A stretch of 29,569 bases of DNA. It comes from a virus (Duplodnaviria; Caudoviricetes). Both the position numbers and the translations under genes were made by a program. The stretch covers positions 1 to 29,569 of the IMG/VR virus record IMGVR_UViG_3300010412_000110; one strand, given 5' to 3'. Position 1 is the stretch's first letter. Every line of letters starts with the position of its first letter. The notes under the pieces were generated by a model. It was not told the origin of the DNA. It did no database searches and saw nothing but the letters and a program-made list of their open reading frames with translations. Positions 9,214-17,200 of this stretch are shown here, piece by piece.

Positions 9214-11148
9214 ATGGCACTTATAGACGTATTAAATCAGCTTGACGATAAGACCGTACTTAATATAGTACGAAAGGGATTGTATGTCAACATTCCTGAT
9301 CCAAAAGATGCTGTCCGTAAGGGTGCTGAACTTTCCTCAAAAGATTTAAAGAACATATCAAACTCATTGACTTCGCTACAAGGAGCGATGAATCAGATAT
9401 ATGCATCTGCCCTTAATATCAGAAACTTACACCAATATCAACAAAGAAATTTTCAAGGGGTAGAAAAAGAAAACGTACTTGAAGGCACACCAAACATATC
9501 TGCTACTATGAGCGGACCACAGTTATCAGAAGATGGTATTGCAACGTTACTGACTTCTATTAATGAAGTTTCGTATAACGTAGATTTACTGGCAACCAAG
9601 CTAAGAAAGATTAACATAACTGGTGGAAAAGGTACAGTAGAAAGTGTAGTGCAAACGGCGGTAGAGATAGCAGACGATATTGTTGATATTGCTTCTCCTG
9701 CCAGAACAGGTATGGGAATTCTTGGTAAAATACCTTGGAAAAAAGCTGCTGTAGGTGCGGCGGTTGTTGGTGCCGGGGCAGTCGCATTTGGTGGGGCGAC
9801 ACCCGCTAGTGCGGCGGAAAGACCTACCAGACAGCCAGATACTTCTACCCAAAGCGTTGAAGCTGCCATGAACAGAACGCAGCAAGCAGAAAGAGTCAGA
9901 GCACAAGAACCAACCGGGCCATCATACTCAGAAAGATTTGCAGACTTCCTAGACAGAACTATTGAAAATGTTACTGGTTGGGTAAGAAGTGCTGGTGAAT
10001 TTCTTGGCATTACTGGCGGCGGGGGTGGTGCTATGGGCAGTTATCCACCTGCGGGTTCAACAGATAATGCCAGAAGAGCATTTGAATACTTTAAGTCTCA
10101 AGGATGGTCGCCAGAACAAGCGGCAGCTATTGTTGGTGTAATGCAGCGTGAATCTGGTCCAAACCTTGATCCAAACGCATACAATCCGGCTGGTGGTGGA
10201 CAAGGTGCTTGGGGTATAGCACAATGGAGAGCAGATCGTCAATCTGGTGATAAACCTATGAGAGCACTAGGTGTAAGGTCACTACGTGGAACTACGTTTG
10301 AACAACAGCTTCAATATGTACAGTGGGAGCTTAACAACAGCGAAAAAGCGGCTGGCGATGCATTAAGAAGAACGACAACTGTAGATCAGGCTGTTGGTTC
10401 TTTCTTACAAAATTATGAAAGAGCGGCTGGACATGAAGCTGCGTATGGTCAAAGACTAGCAAATGCATACGCGATATACAATGGCGTTGCTTCACAAGAG
10501 GCAACTGGCAGACAAGGAAGAGTTACCAGTGGCTTTGGAATGAGAGACCATCCTGTATTGGGTGGTAGACGTATGCATAGAGGAATTGATATTGGTGCGC
10601 CAACAGGCTCTTCCGTACATGCTTACATTAGAGGTAGAGTCACACATGCAGGACCAATGAACGGATATGGTAACACTGTAGATATTGACCACAACAATGA
10701 TTATATTACAAGATATGCACACCTTAGTTCGATTAATGTATCAGAAGGTGCTAATGTTAATGAAAATGATATCATAGGTAGAGTGGGTAGCACTGGTTTG
10801 TCAACTGGTCCACACCTTCACTTCGAAGTCCACAGAAACAATCAACAGATCAATCCTATCAGCTTTTACAATGAACGTCCATGGATTGTTGGTGGTAGAG
10901 CAGCCGAACCTGTTGCAGCACCAAGAACAAGAACTGGTGAGACAATCAAGGGATTGAATATGATGAGGTTTGCTGTAGAAAGAACAGCCCAAGGGGCTAT
11001 TAACCACTATATTAGAAGAACTGGCGCAGATAGGTTCCAAGTCTGGAATAGTAATGCGCCACAATACAGATATGATGTTACTGCGGAACAAGCAAGACTA
11101 TATGGTACGCAACACAACATCGATATGTACAAGTACTACGGTATATAA
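9214..11148 (+). CDS. Virion-associated peptidoglycan hydrolase: phage tail lysozyme domain plus M23 peptidase
   Basis: AAAIVGVMQRES...GIAQWR...QLQYVQWEL...YER (tail lysozyme); HRGID...YAHL...STGPHLHFEV (M23 HxxxD/HxH). Confidence 0.9.
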   Translation: MALIDVLNQLDDKTVLNIVRKGLYVNIPDPKDAVRKGAELSSKDLKNISNSLTSLQGAMNQIYASALNIRNLHQYQQRNFQGVEKENVLEGTPNISATMSGPQLSEDGIATLLTSINEVSYNVDLLATKLRKINITGGKGTVESVVQTAVEIADDIVDIASPARTGMGILGKIPWKKAAVGAAVVGAGAVAFGGATPASAAERPTRQPDTSTQSVEAAMNRTQQAERVRAQEPTGPSYSERFADFLDRTIENVTGWVRSAGEFLGITGGGGGAMGSYPPAGSTDNARRAFEYFKSQGWSPEQAAAIVGVMQRESGPNLDPNAYNPAGGGQGAWGIAQWRADRQSGDKPMRALGVRSLRGTTFEQQLQYVQWELNNSEKAAGDALRRTTTVDQAVGSFLQNYERAAGHEAAYGQRLANAYAIYNGVASQEATGRQGRVTSGFGMRDHPVLGGRRMHRGIDIGAPTGSSVHAYIRGRVTHAGPMNGYGNTVDIDHNNDYITRYAHLSSINVSEGANVNENDIIGRVGSTGLSTGPHLHFEVHRNNQQINPISFYNERPWIVGGRAAEPVAAPRTRTGETIKGLNMMRFAVERTAQGAINHYIRRTGADRFQVWNSNAPQYRYDVTAEQARLYGTQHNIDMYKYYGI

Positions 11149-11151
11149 AAA

Positions 11152-11175
11152 GAGGGGGACCTTTCGATCCCCCTC
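11152..11175. terminator. Intrinsic terminator between convergent genes
   Basis: GAGGGGGA-CCTTTCGA-TCCCCCTC hairpin with A-run on the left and short T-run on the right. Confidence 0.8.
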
Positions 11176-11183
11176 AAGTTTAA

Positions 11184-12149
11184 TCAAAATGGAACATCAT
11201 CGTCTTCTGCGAGGCTCTTGAAGAAGGCGAAGTCATCGTCTTCATCATCGGCTGTTGATGCAGGAGCCTTAGGAGCTTCCTTAGCCTTGAACTTCTGTGC
11301 AGGGCTTGCATCCTCATCCCATGCCTGACGCTCTTCCTGTGCCTTCTGGCGAGGCTGAGCAGAACCAGCATTGCCTAGAACACGATCAAGACGCTTCTTA
11401 AGGTCTTCGTAGCTCTTGAACTTATCAGGAGCAATAAGTTCCTTTAGGCTGTACTGCTTGTTCCAGATTTCTTCCATTGCATCATCGTCATCAAGCAGTG
11501 GAGCAGGAGCAGCAAACACTGACTGATCGTAGTTTGCCTGACCTTCAAAGCGACGAATCTTCAGCTTGAAGTTAGCACCTGTCCAAAAGTTGAATGGATT
11601 GATTGGATTCTTAGGATCGATTGGGTCTTCAGGTGGGTGCATAAGTTCATTGAGCTTGTCAAAAATCTTCTTACCATACTTGAAGAGGAAAACCTTACCT
11701 TCGTTCTCTGGGTTGGCAGGGTCCTTGACAACATAGATGTTGCTGTAGTAGTTAAGCTTACGCTTAGTACCCGGATTATCCTTACCGCTGCCGCTTACGC
11801 GCTTGCGACCTTCTGAGCCTTCACCCTGATTCCATAGCTCGGTATTCCACTCTGCTACGGGGTCTTGTTCACCCTGACCTAGGGTAGTACGGGAGTTTTC
11901 GATGTACCAGCCACCGGGTCCCTTAAAGCCATGAGTCCAGATGCGTACCCAAGGTGCGCTATCTTCACCGTCCTGTGGTGATGTTGGGAGGAAGCGAATT
12001 TCAGCAAAACCATTACCTGCCTTGTCGGTCTTGCAGGTCCAGATGCGTTCATCTTGGCTGTTGCTTGAGCCAGAATTCATCTTGGCTAGCTCTTGGTTAA
12101 GCTTTTCTAGGTCTGATCCAGAGTTGCGCTTCATTGCGGAAAATGACAT
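11184..12149 (-). CDS. gp32: Single-stranded DNA-binding protein gp32
   Basis: DKAGNGFAEIRFLP...WYIENSRTTLG...KYGKKIFDK...GANFKLK; acidic tail. Confidence 0.97.
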   Translation of the reverse strand: MSFSAMKRNSGSDLEKLNQELAKMNSGSSNSQDERIWTCKTDKAGNGFAEIRFLPTSPQDGEDSAPWVRIWTHGFKGPGGWYIENSRTTLGQGEQDPVAEWNTELWNQGEGSEGRKRVSGSGKDNPGTKRKLNYYSNIYVVKDPANPENEGKVFLFKYGKKIFDKLNELMHPPEDPIDPKNPINPFNFWTGANFKLKIRRFEGQANYDQSVFAAPAPLLDDDDAMEEIWNKQYSLKELIAPDKFKSYEDLKKRLDRVLGNAGSAQPRQKAQEERQAWDEDASPAQKFKAKEAPKAPASTADDEDDDFAFFKSLAEDDDVPF

Positions 12150-12203
12150 ATGTATTACCTTTCGTATTTCGTTGTATTAAATGTGTTCAACGTATGTTTA
12201 ATG

Positions 12204-12890
12204 TTAGGATTGGTAAACGAATACCTCACCGTCACTATTTATATCGCTTGGAATGTAGATGGCATCAAAATTTGACTGATCTACGTAGCGATATCCTAAT
12301 TCTGACATAAACTGTTTATCTTCCGGCTTGTTAAAGCGTTCAGCAGCAATGACAGGTTTATACTTTAGAATGGTGTTTTTGGCACCTTGTAAAGCATAAA
12401 TTTCAAATCCTTCTAGGTCTAGCTGTAGTAGATCACAAGCTTGTAGACCTAGACTGTCGATAGTAATCATCGGAATCTTGAACTCTTCAGTAGCATTCTG
12501 AATTACGTTCATTCCAACATTCAACTCTGGTCCACCGGGTGGAGTGCGATGAATGCCAACAATTCCATGTCCATGCCCTAGAGCACAATTCATCTTGACT
12601 ACATTATCGACGGGATTGTTGTTAACCATGCAATAGAATGCAATTGGTTCTGGTTCAAATGCATATACATGCTTGAACTTCTTTGCGTAGAAGCGAACAT
12701 ACATACCGCAGTTCGTTCCAGCGGTGACTATTGTATCAAAGTTCTTCACGTGTGTAAAGTACTTTTCTTTGTGGAATCCTACCCAATCATCACTGGCACC
12801 GTTAAAGCAACCTGTGTCGCCCTTGATCCAGTACCAATTGGTTTCTCCATCCACTTCAACGTCACGAATCTCAACTTTATCATTATACAT
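12204..12890 (-). CDS. FkbM-family SAM-dependent methyltransferase
   Basis: AGTNCGMY...VYAFEPEP...NCALG...TIDSL...LLQLDLEGFEIYALQGA...KPVI. Confidence 0.85.
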   Translation of the reverse strand: MYNDKVEIRDVEVDGETNWYWIKGDTGCFNGASDDWVGFHKEKYFTHVKNFDTIVTAGTNCGMYVRFYAKKFKHVYAFEPEPIAFYCMVNNNPVDNVVKMNCALGHGHGIVGIHRTPPGGPELNVGMNVIQNATEEFKIPMITIDSLGLQACDLLQLDLEGFEIYALQGAKNTILKYKPVIAAERFNKPEDKQFMSELGYRYVDQSNFDAIYIPSDINSDGEVFVYQS

Positions 12891-13461
12891 TCATAATGTC
12901 CTTCAAAATGCCCTTGATCTTTTCTTTGTCATAATGTATGAAAGGCTCATACTTAATGCACTTGTTATGTATCTTGGGCCAAATCACGGTATCGTTGATC
13001 TTCTGATCCCATACAGGGAAAAACTTCAGAAAACGATTGAGGATGGTGAGAGTTTCAATACTAATCTCATCACGCTTATATAATACCAAAAGCTTAGGGT
13101 GTTGTCCACCATTAACTTTGAAGTATGATACAAAATCGTCTTCAAGCTTCTCTAGGTCTGTTTTGAATTTATATGATAGTGACTGTTGACGAGACAACCA
13201 GTCATAATATGTCTTTTCTGACTCATCTGTGAATAGATCGCCTACCCATCCTGTGAAATCACCAGAGACATAGTTAGCGATAAGAAAGCCTTCAACATCT
13301 TTGTGTTTGGCTAGTTTCGCAAAATGAAACTTATCCCTTCTCTTTTCGAAGGCTTGAATAGTAGCACGTACTTTGCCGTGGTACTTCACATAATCATATT
13401 GTTCTGTAGTAAAATGATATTTAATGCCTAGAAAAGTTTTATAGGCTTCAAACGGTGTCAT
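12883..13461 (-). CDS. gp59: Helicase loader gp59
   Basis: YKTFLGIKYHFT..YDYVKYHGK...FEKRRDK...ISIET. Confidence 0.93.
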   Translation of the reverse strand: MTPFEAYKTFLGIKYHFTTEQYDYVKYHGKVRATIQAFEKRRDKFHFAKLAKHKDVEGFLIANYVSGDFTGWVGDLFTDESEKTYYDWLSRQQSLSYKFKTDLEKLEDDFVSYFKVNGGQHPKLLVLYKRDEISIETLTILNRFLKFFPVWDQKINDTVIWPKIHNKCIKYEPFIHYDKEKIKGILKDIMNV

Positions 13462-13488
13462 GATATCTCCTATAGTGAAGCGTTGTCC

Positions 13489-13731
13489 TTATATAGGGAG
13501 TCTAGCAGACTTCGCCAGAAAGTTCAACGCTTCACCATCAGATTGTAGGTGTGATTTGATCCTAAGATTGCCTTTAATCAATGAAGCAGCAGTTTCAATT
13601 TCCATTTCATTCTTTTCACAAAAGAATACAATCGCATCAAGATAACTGAAATCATATTCTTTCACAAGAGAATCAATTTCTTTGTAAAACTTATCTGAAT
13701 CAATCAATTTGGCAAGCTTAAGATCGCTCAT
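13489..13731 (-). CDS. gp33: Late transcription coactivator gp33
   Basis: YLDAIVFFCEKNEMEIE...EALNFL; adjacent to gp59. Confidence 0.9.
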   Translation of the reverse strand: MSDLKLAKLIDSDKFYKEIDSLVKEYDFSYLDAIVFFCEKNEMEIETAASLIKGNLRIKSHLQSDGEALNFLAKSARLPI

Positions 13732-13734
13732 TCA

Positions 13735-14187
13735 TCAACCTCTATAAAAAATGTGATCGCCAATTCGTGTTGTACGTTTGAAAACGTATGCCCAACGTGG
13801 GCGAACATAATCAGCATGATAAAATAGGGCACCAGCAGTAACGTCTCTTGCACCGGCTAGATATACTCGCTCTGCAATTATACGTGCACGGCGAAGAACT
13901 TCTAGATCAAGATGGGGTAGTCTTCTCTGGCAAACCCATGAGAACTGACACACTCCGCGCTTCTTCTGGTGGATAACACCACATGGTGTAGATGGGAATC
14001 TATCATCACGTGTGCGGTTCATAACAACATTGGACACAGCAATCATACCCTTATCACCCTGATTACCTGCCTCATATGCGGCATTTCGTGCAATACATTC
14101 GATTTGTCTTGCATCGGCTGCATGTGCAGGAGTGGTGAAAATGAATAGGGCTGCTAGCCCGATCAATGTACGCTTTATATTTAACAT
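13735..14187 (-). CDS. SleB-like cell wall hydrolase (Hydrolase_2) with signal peptide
   Basis: CIARNAAYEAG...VVMNR..DDRFP..CGVI...QFSW...GALFYHADYV.P.W...IGDHIFY; N-terminal hydrophobic segment ending AHA. Confidence 0.9.
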   Translation of the reverse strand: MLNIKRTLIGLAALFIFTTPAHAADARQIECIARNAAYEAGNQGDKGMIAVSNVVMNRTRDDRFPSTPCGVIHQKKRGVCQFSWVCQRRLPHLDLEVLRRARIIAERVYLAGARDVTAGALFYHADYVRPRWAYVFKRTTRIGDHIFYRG

Positions 14188-14470
14188 TTGTTCGTATCCT
14201 ATATAACGATTTTGGATACGGAACAACGTTACTAGCGTGTCTCAACGCCTATTGAACCTATATCTATGATAGACATAGAACTCCCAAGGGAGTCTTTTCT
14301 AGTCATCCATCCCTCCATTACTAGGAATGCAAAATCATTAGTGTTTTCGTCGGTGTTTATGCTACTTTTCACATAAAGTAGTTTTATGCGATTTTGGACA
14401 TAAACGCTTTCTTAGCCACATAAGGACTTGAAGCTTTTGTAATGGTCAATGGAGATTCGAAAATCCCCTT
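14188..14470 (-). ncRNA. Candidate structured 5' leader RNA of the cell wall hydrolase
   Basis: No ORF; at least six hairpins and long-range pairings; begins just after a late-promoter-like ACTAAATA (14481-14488). Confidence 0.55.
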
Positions 14471-14513
14471 GGTAAAATTATATTTAGTAATACCGAAAAC
14501 TTCATATAAGGTA

Positions 14514-14542
14514 TATATAACCGTTTTCTATGGTATTGTCAA
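14514..14542 (-). promoter_or_regulatory. Sigma70-like early promoter
   Basis: TTGACA-N17-TATATA. Confidence 0.65.
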
Positions 14543-14586
14543 CCTGTGTTACCTCGACTCATCGCTCTTATAGAGCAGTTCATCGT

Positions 14587-14624
14587 AAAACAAAATGGGG
14601 GACAAGATTTCTCTCATCCCCCAT
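14587..14624 (-). terminator. Intrinsic terminator after the Ro-like gene
   Basis: ATGGGGGA/TCCCCCAT stem followed by U-rich run on the minus strand. Confidence 0.65.
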
Positions 14625-14632
14625 CCTCCCCA

Positions 14633-16045
14633 TTAAAGAGTGTAGCGGTCAGACATTACTGCCTTACGCATTACTGCTTCTGGTGTTAGACCTTCTAGAT
14701 CAGCACCAAGTACCGCCTTCATGATCGCTGGTGAGAATCCAGAGACAAGAGCAACGCCCTTCTCATCGAACTTCACAGGAACATTATCGTAGGCATTGAT
14801 GTTCCAGAAGACTACAGCAGGAACTTCGTAACCGGCTTCCTCGTACTTACGGCGGATCATTTCAATCGCGCTGTTATCGAACTTGGTGCACTGGTTGAAC
14901 TGCATATCTGACATGATTAGGAGAACCTTAGGCATATCAGCAGGATCAACCTTGTTACGAACTGCTACCTTCAAGATTTCGTTGAAGGCACCGTGTAGGT
15001 TGGTTGACATTTCCCAATCAGCACGACGAAGCTGGTTAACCTTCTGGGAAAGGGTACCCTTCAAGTGCTGGAAGGTTGGGTTGGTTGAGAAGGTCAAGAA
15101 CAAATCCTTGAAGGGACCAGTGTTCTTGTCTGCACAATACAAACCAAGAGAAACGGCAACGTCTAGACAGGTAAGAGTAACACCCTTGCTGTTTGCTGAT
15201 CCTACACGAGCAGTCATAGAACCAGAAACGTCAACAAGTGGTAGAACCATGGCATCACCCATGAAGTTAGGCAGAGCCTTCCACTGTTCATCGGCAAGCT
15301 TGTTGTCACCATAATGTACGTTCTTCACGATATCATATGGGTAAACAGCACCTGCATTGACCTTAACAGAAGGATCACCCTTCTTCAATGCTTCCTTGTA
15401 CTTGGTGAATGCATCGGGAGCATTACGACCAAATGCCTTGGAATAACGAGACATAGCAAGTGAAGGAACATGGGAAAAGTTAATTTCATTCCAACACTTC
15501 GCACACATCTTGCTCTCTACAACGCCAGTAAGCTCGACAAGACGCTTACGATAGAACTTAGGAGACCAACCAAGGAACTCACGAAGCTCTACAGCCTTCT
15601 CGCCCTTACGAGGCATCCACTTAGCGCAAAGACCGTTTCCAGCCTCTAGAGCATCGCGGATAAGACCGAAAGCAATCTGCTTGACTTCGGCATCAGTAAA
15701 GATCAAAAGATCATCCCAACGACCAATTTCAGCAGTGTTCTTTAGAAGACGAGTTTCAATCAAGTCTTCCTTGTGGTTCTTTTCTAGGTAACGAAGTACC
15801 TGACGGAAAAGCTCACGCTCACCGGCACCGCCGCGAGCATCACGTGCCCACTGTGCGATACGAAGAGCCACATCACGATCTTCCTGATAGGCGCGTTCAA
15901 ACTGTGAGGTAATGTTCTTACCACGTGAAGCACCGATCTTGAAGAATAGATCAACGGTCTCGGAAAGAGTTGAACGGATAGCCTTCATACCATTGGTAGT
16001 GCGGGCCTTAACAGGAGTTGCGAGTACGGCATTCTTAAAAGACAT
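14633..16045 (-). CDS. Ro60/TROVE-related (DUF2828-type) helical protein with C-terminal vWA domain
   Basis: DLFFKIGASRG, ARDARGGAGERE, GRWDDL, AKWMPRKG; vWA MIDAS VDVSGSM, STNL, SDMQF, VVFWN. Confidence 0.85.
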   Translation of the reverse strand: MSFKNAVLATPVKARTTNGMKAIRSTLSETVDLFFKIGASRGKNITSQFERAYQEDRDVALRIAQWARDARGGAGERELFRQVLRYLEKNHKEDLIETRLLKNTAEIGRWDDLLIFTDAEVKQIAFGLIRDALEAGNGLCAKWMPRKGEKAVELREFLGWSPKFYRKRLVELTGVVESKMCAKCWNEINFSHVPSLAMSRYSKAFGRNAPDAFTKYKEALKKGDPSVKVNAGAVYPYDIVKNVHYGDNKLADEQWKALPNFMGDAMVLPLVDVSGSMTARVGSANSKGVTLTCLDVAVSLGLYCADKNTGPFKDLFLTFSTNPTFQHLKGTLSQKVNQLRRADWEMSTNLHGAFNEILKVAVRNKVDPADMPKVLLIMSDMQFNQCTKFDNSAIEMIRRKYEEAGYEVPAVVFWNINAYDNVPVKFDEKGVALVSGFSPAIMKAVLGADLEGLTPEAVMRKAVMSDRYTL

Positions 16046-16062
16046 ATTAATTCTCCATTATA

Positions 16063-16128
16063 TACAGGTTAACGTTTTTTGCGGTTTTGATTACAAGTCA
16101 AGTGCATTTAGATTGCTGAAATTAACCT
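16063..16128 (-). ncRNA. Y-RNA-like element A, carrying a tRNA-Thr(UGU)-type anticodon stem-loop
   Basis: AGGUUAA-UUU-CAGCAA...UUGA-CUUGUAA-UCAA...UUAACCU-GU. Confidence 0.7.
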
Positions 16129-16133
16129 TTAAT

Positions 16134-16233
16134 CAACAGGCAGGTTGTGTTTCCTTAACCATAACACACGAAGGAATCGAACCTTCTCGGACCTTTGTTT
16201 CAAAAAAGAAGTAAAGATTGCTGTAGTCTGCCT
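16134..16233 (-). ncRNA. Y-RNA-like element B, carrying a T-arm
   Basis: AGGCAG-ACUA-CAGCAA...GAAGG-UUCGAUU-CCUUC...CUGCCU-GUUG. Confidence 0.7.
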
Positions 16234-16243
16234 TAATTCGTAC

Positions 16244-16272
16244 ATGATATATCAACTGAACTAGCTTGTCAA
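16244..16272 (-). promoter_or_regulatory. Sigma70-like promoter driving elements B, A and the Ro-like gene
   Basis: TTGACA-N17-TATCAT, ending about 10 nt before element B. Confidence 0.7.
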
Positions 16273-16293
16273 GCATGATATGTCATGTTTTTT

Positions 16294-16424
16294 CTACGGG
16301 ATGCACTTTTTGCTGTCTATTGCTCTACCAAGCTGAGCTACCTCCCGATAAATGGCCGGGAGGGTTGGATTCGAACCAACGACCCATAGTTTCCATATAG
16401 CTTCAAGTTGCGGTAAGCATCCCT
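16294..16424 (-). ncRNA. YrlA-like element C: circularly permuted tRNA mimic
   Basis: GGGAUGC-UUA-CCGCAA...T arm GUUGG-UUCGAAU-CCAAC, CCUCCCG-GCCA-UUUAU-CGGGAGG closed acceptor, D arm GCUC-AGCUUGGUA-GAGC...GCAUCCC-GUAG. Confidence 0.85.
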
Positions 16425-16429
16425 AAACT

Positions 16430-16582
16430 TTATTCACTCTCAGAGTAATACTTTCTGAGAATATCATAATCAATAATTCCTTCACCACGAAGGAATGTAA
16501 CAATTTTTCGTGCATCAAACATATTCATGTTGCAATTGACAACTAGATCAATTGTAAACTCTTCAAAAACATCTTTGACCAT
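16430..16582 (-). CDS. Small hypothetical protein (50 aa)
   Basis: Not in ORF track. MVKDVFEEFTIDLVVNCNMNMFDARKIVTFLRGEGIIDYDILRKYYSESE with AAGGA RBS. Confidence 0.65.
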   Translation of the reverse strand: MVKDVFEEFTIDLVVNCNMNMFDARKIVTFLRGEGIIDYDILRKYYSESE

Positions 16583-16598
16583 TATCAATCCTTTAATT

Positions 16599-16856
16599 CA
16601 ACGGGCTGTACATTTCTACGCGCTCTACCAGTTGAGCTACGCCCCCATCATAATCCATTACGTCAGGTATGTCAACAGCTTATTGACACCTTATCGCTAA
16701 CCGGTATGTACCGTTATGGCCACTTACGAATAGACCAGAAAGCCACCGTACCCTACTTAAGGGTCAAAGAGGTAATGGATTGTGGTGGGGGCGGCGGGAC
16801 TCGAACACCGCAACCTCGTCCTTATGATGGAATGAAATACATGCTGTAGACAGCCC
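16599..16856 (-). ncRNA. YrlA-like element D: permuted tRNA mimic with a 136-nt insert after CCA
   Basis: GGGCUGU-CUA-CAGCAU...T arm, CGCCCCC-ACCA, insert, GGGGGCG-UA-GCUC-AACUGGUA-GAGC...ACAGCCC-GUUG. Confidence 0.8.
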
Positions 16857-16862
16857 AAAACT

Positions 16863-17090
16863 TTATTGACTATCGATAAACTCAATAATCATATTCTGCC
16901 AGTCCATAACATCAAATGCATCTGGACCGAACTGTGCATTATAACTCAATTCAACATCTTTTGTAAAGAGTGTTTCATCATTTTCTTTAATTGTTAGAAC
17001 GCCAGTATAATCACCTGTACGCATCACTGTACAGTCATACTTATCGTCTAACATGGCATTCCAAACACATTGTGACATAATGTTCTCCAT
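16863..17090 (-). CDS. Hypothetical protein
   Basis: 75 aa ORF between elements E and D; true start probably MSQ after GGAG. Confidence 0.7.
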   Translation of the reverse strand: MENIMSQCVWNAMLDDKYDCTVMRTGDYTGVLTIKENDETLFTKDVELSYNAQFGPDAFDVMDWQNMIIEFIDSQ

Positions 17091-17094
17091 GATT

Positions 17095-17195
17095 CAACAG
17101 GATCGTTGGTTTGTAGAGGGAATCGAACCCCCAAGGTTTGTTTTGCAGACAAATTGCCATCCATTGGCGTACTATTTGGTTGCTGAACCGATCCT
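17095..17195 (-). ncRNA. Y-RNA-like element E: D, anticodon (GCA, Cys) and T arms without a CCA acceptor end
   Basis: AGGAUCG-GUU-CAGCAA...GCC-AAUGGAU-GGC, UUUGU-CUGCAAA-ACAAA, GGGGG-UUCGAUU-CCCUC...CGAUCCU-GUUG. Confidence 0.8.
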
Positions 17196-17200
17196 AAAAC

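Noticed and set aside
14230-14470. RNase P RNA or group I intron
   Set aside because: Only a partial AAGUCC match; the RNase P P4 signature and group I P7 core were not found
16294-16856. Elements C and D as ordinary tRNAs, tandem tRNA pseudogenes or intron-containing tRNAs
   Set aside because: T arm precedes D arm, the two acceptor strands are exactly complementary within each element, no intact anticodon loop, and no group I/II core motifs seen in the insert
16063-17195. Integron attC-like cassette array (elements D and E end in GTTGAAT, matching GTTRRRY)
   Set aside because: No RYYYAAC inverse core, no integrase in the window, and internal structure is tRNA-like with G:U pairs favouring RNA
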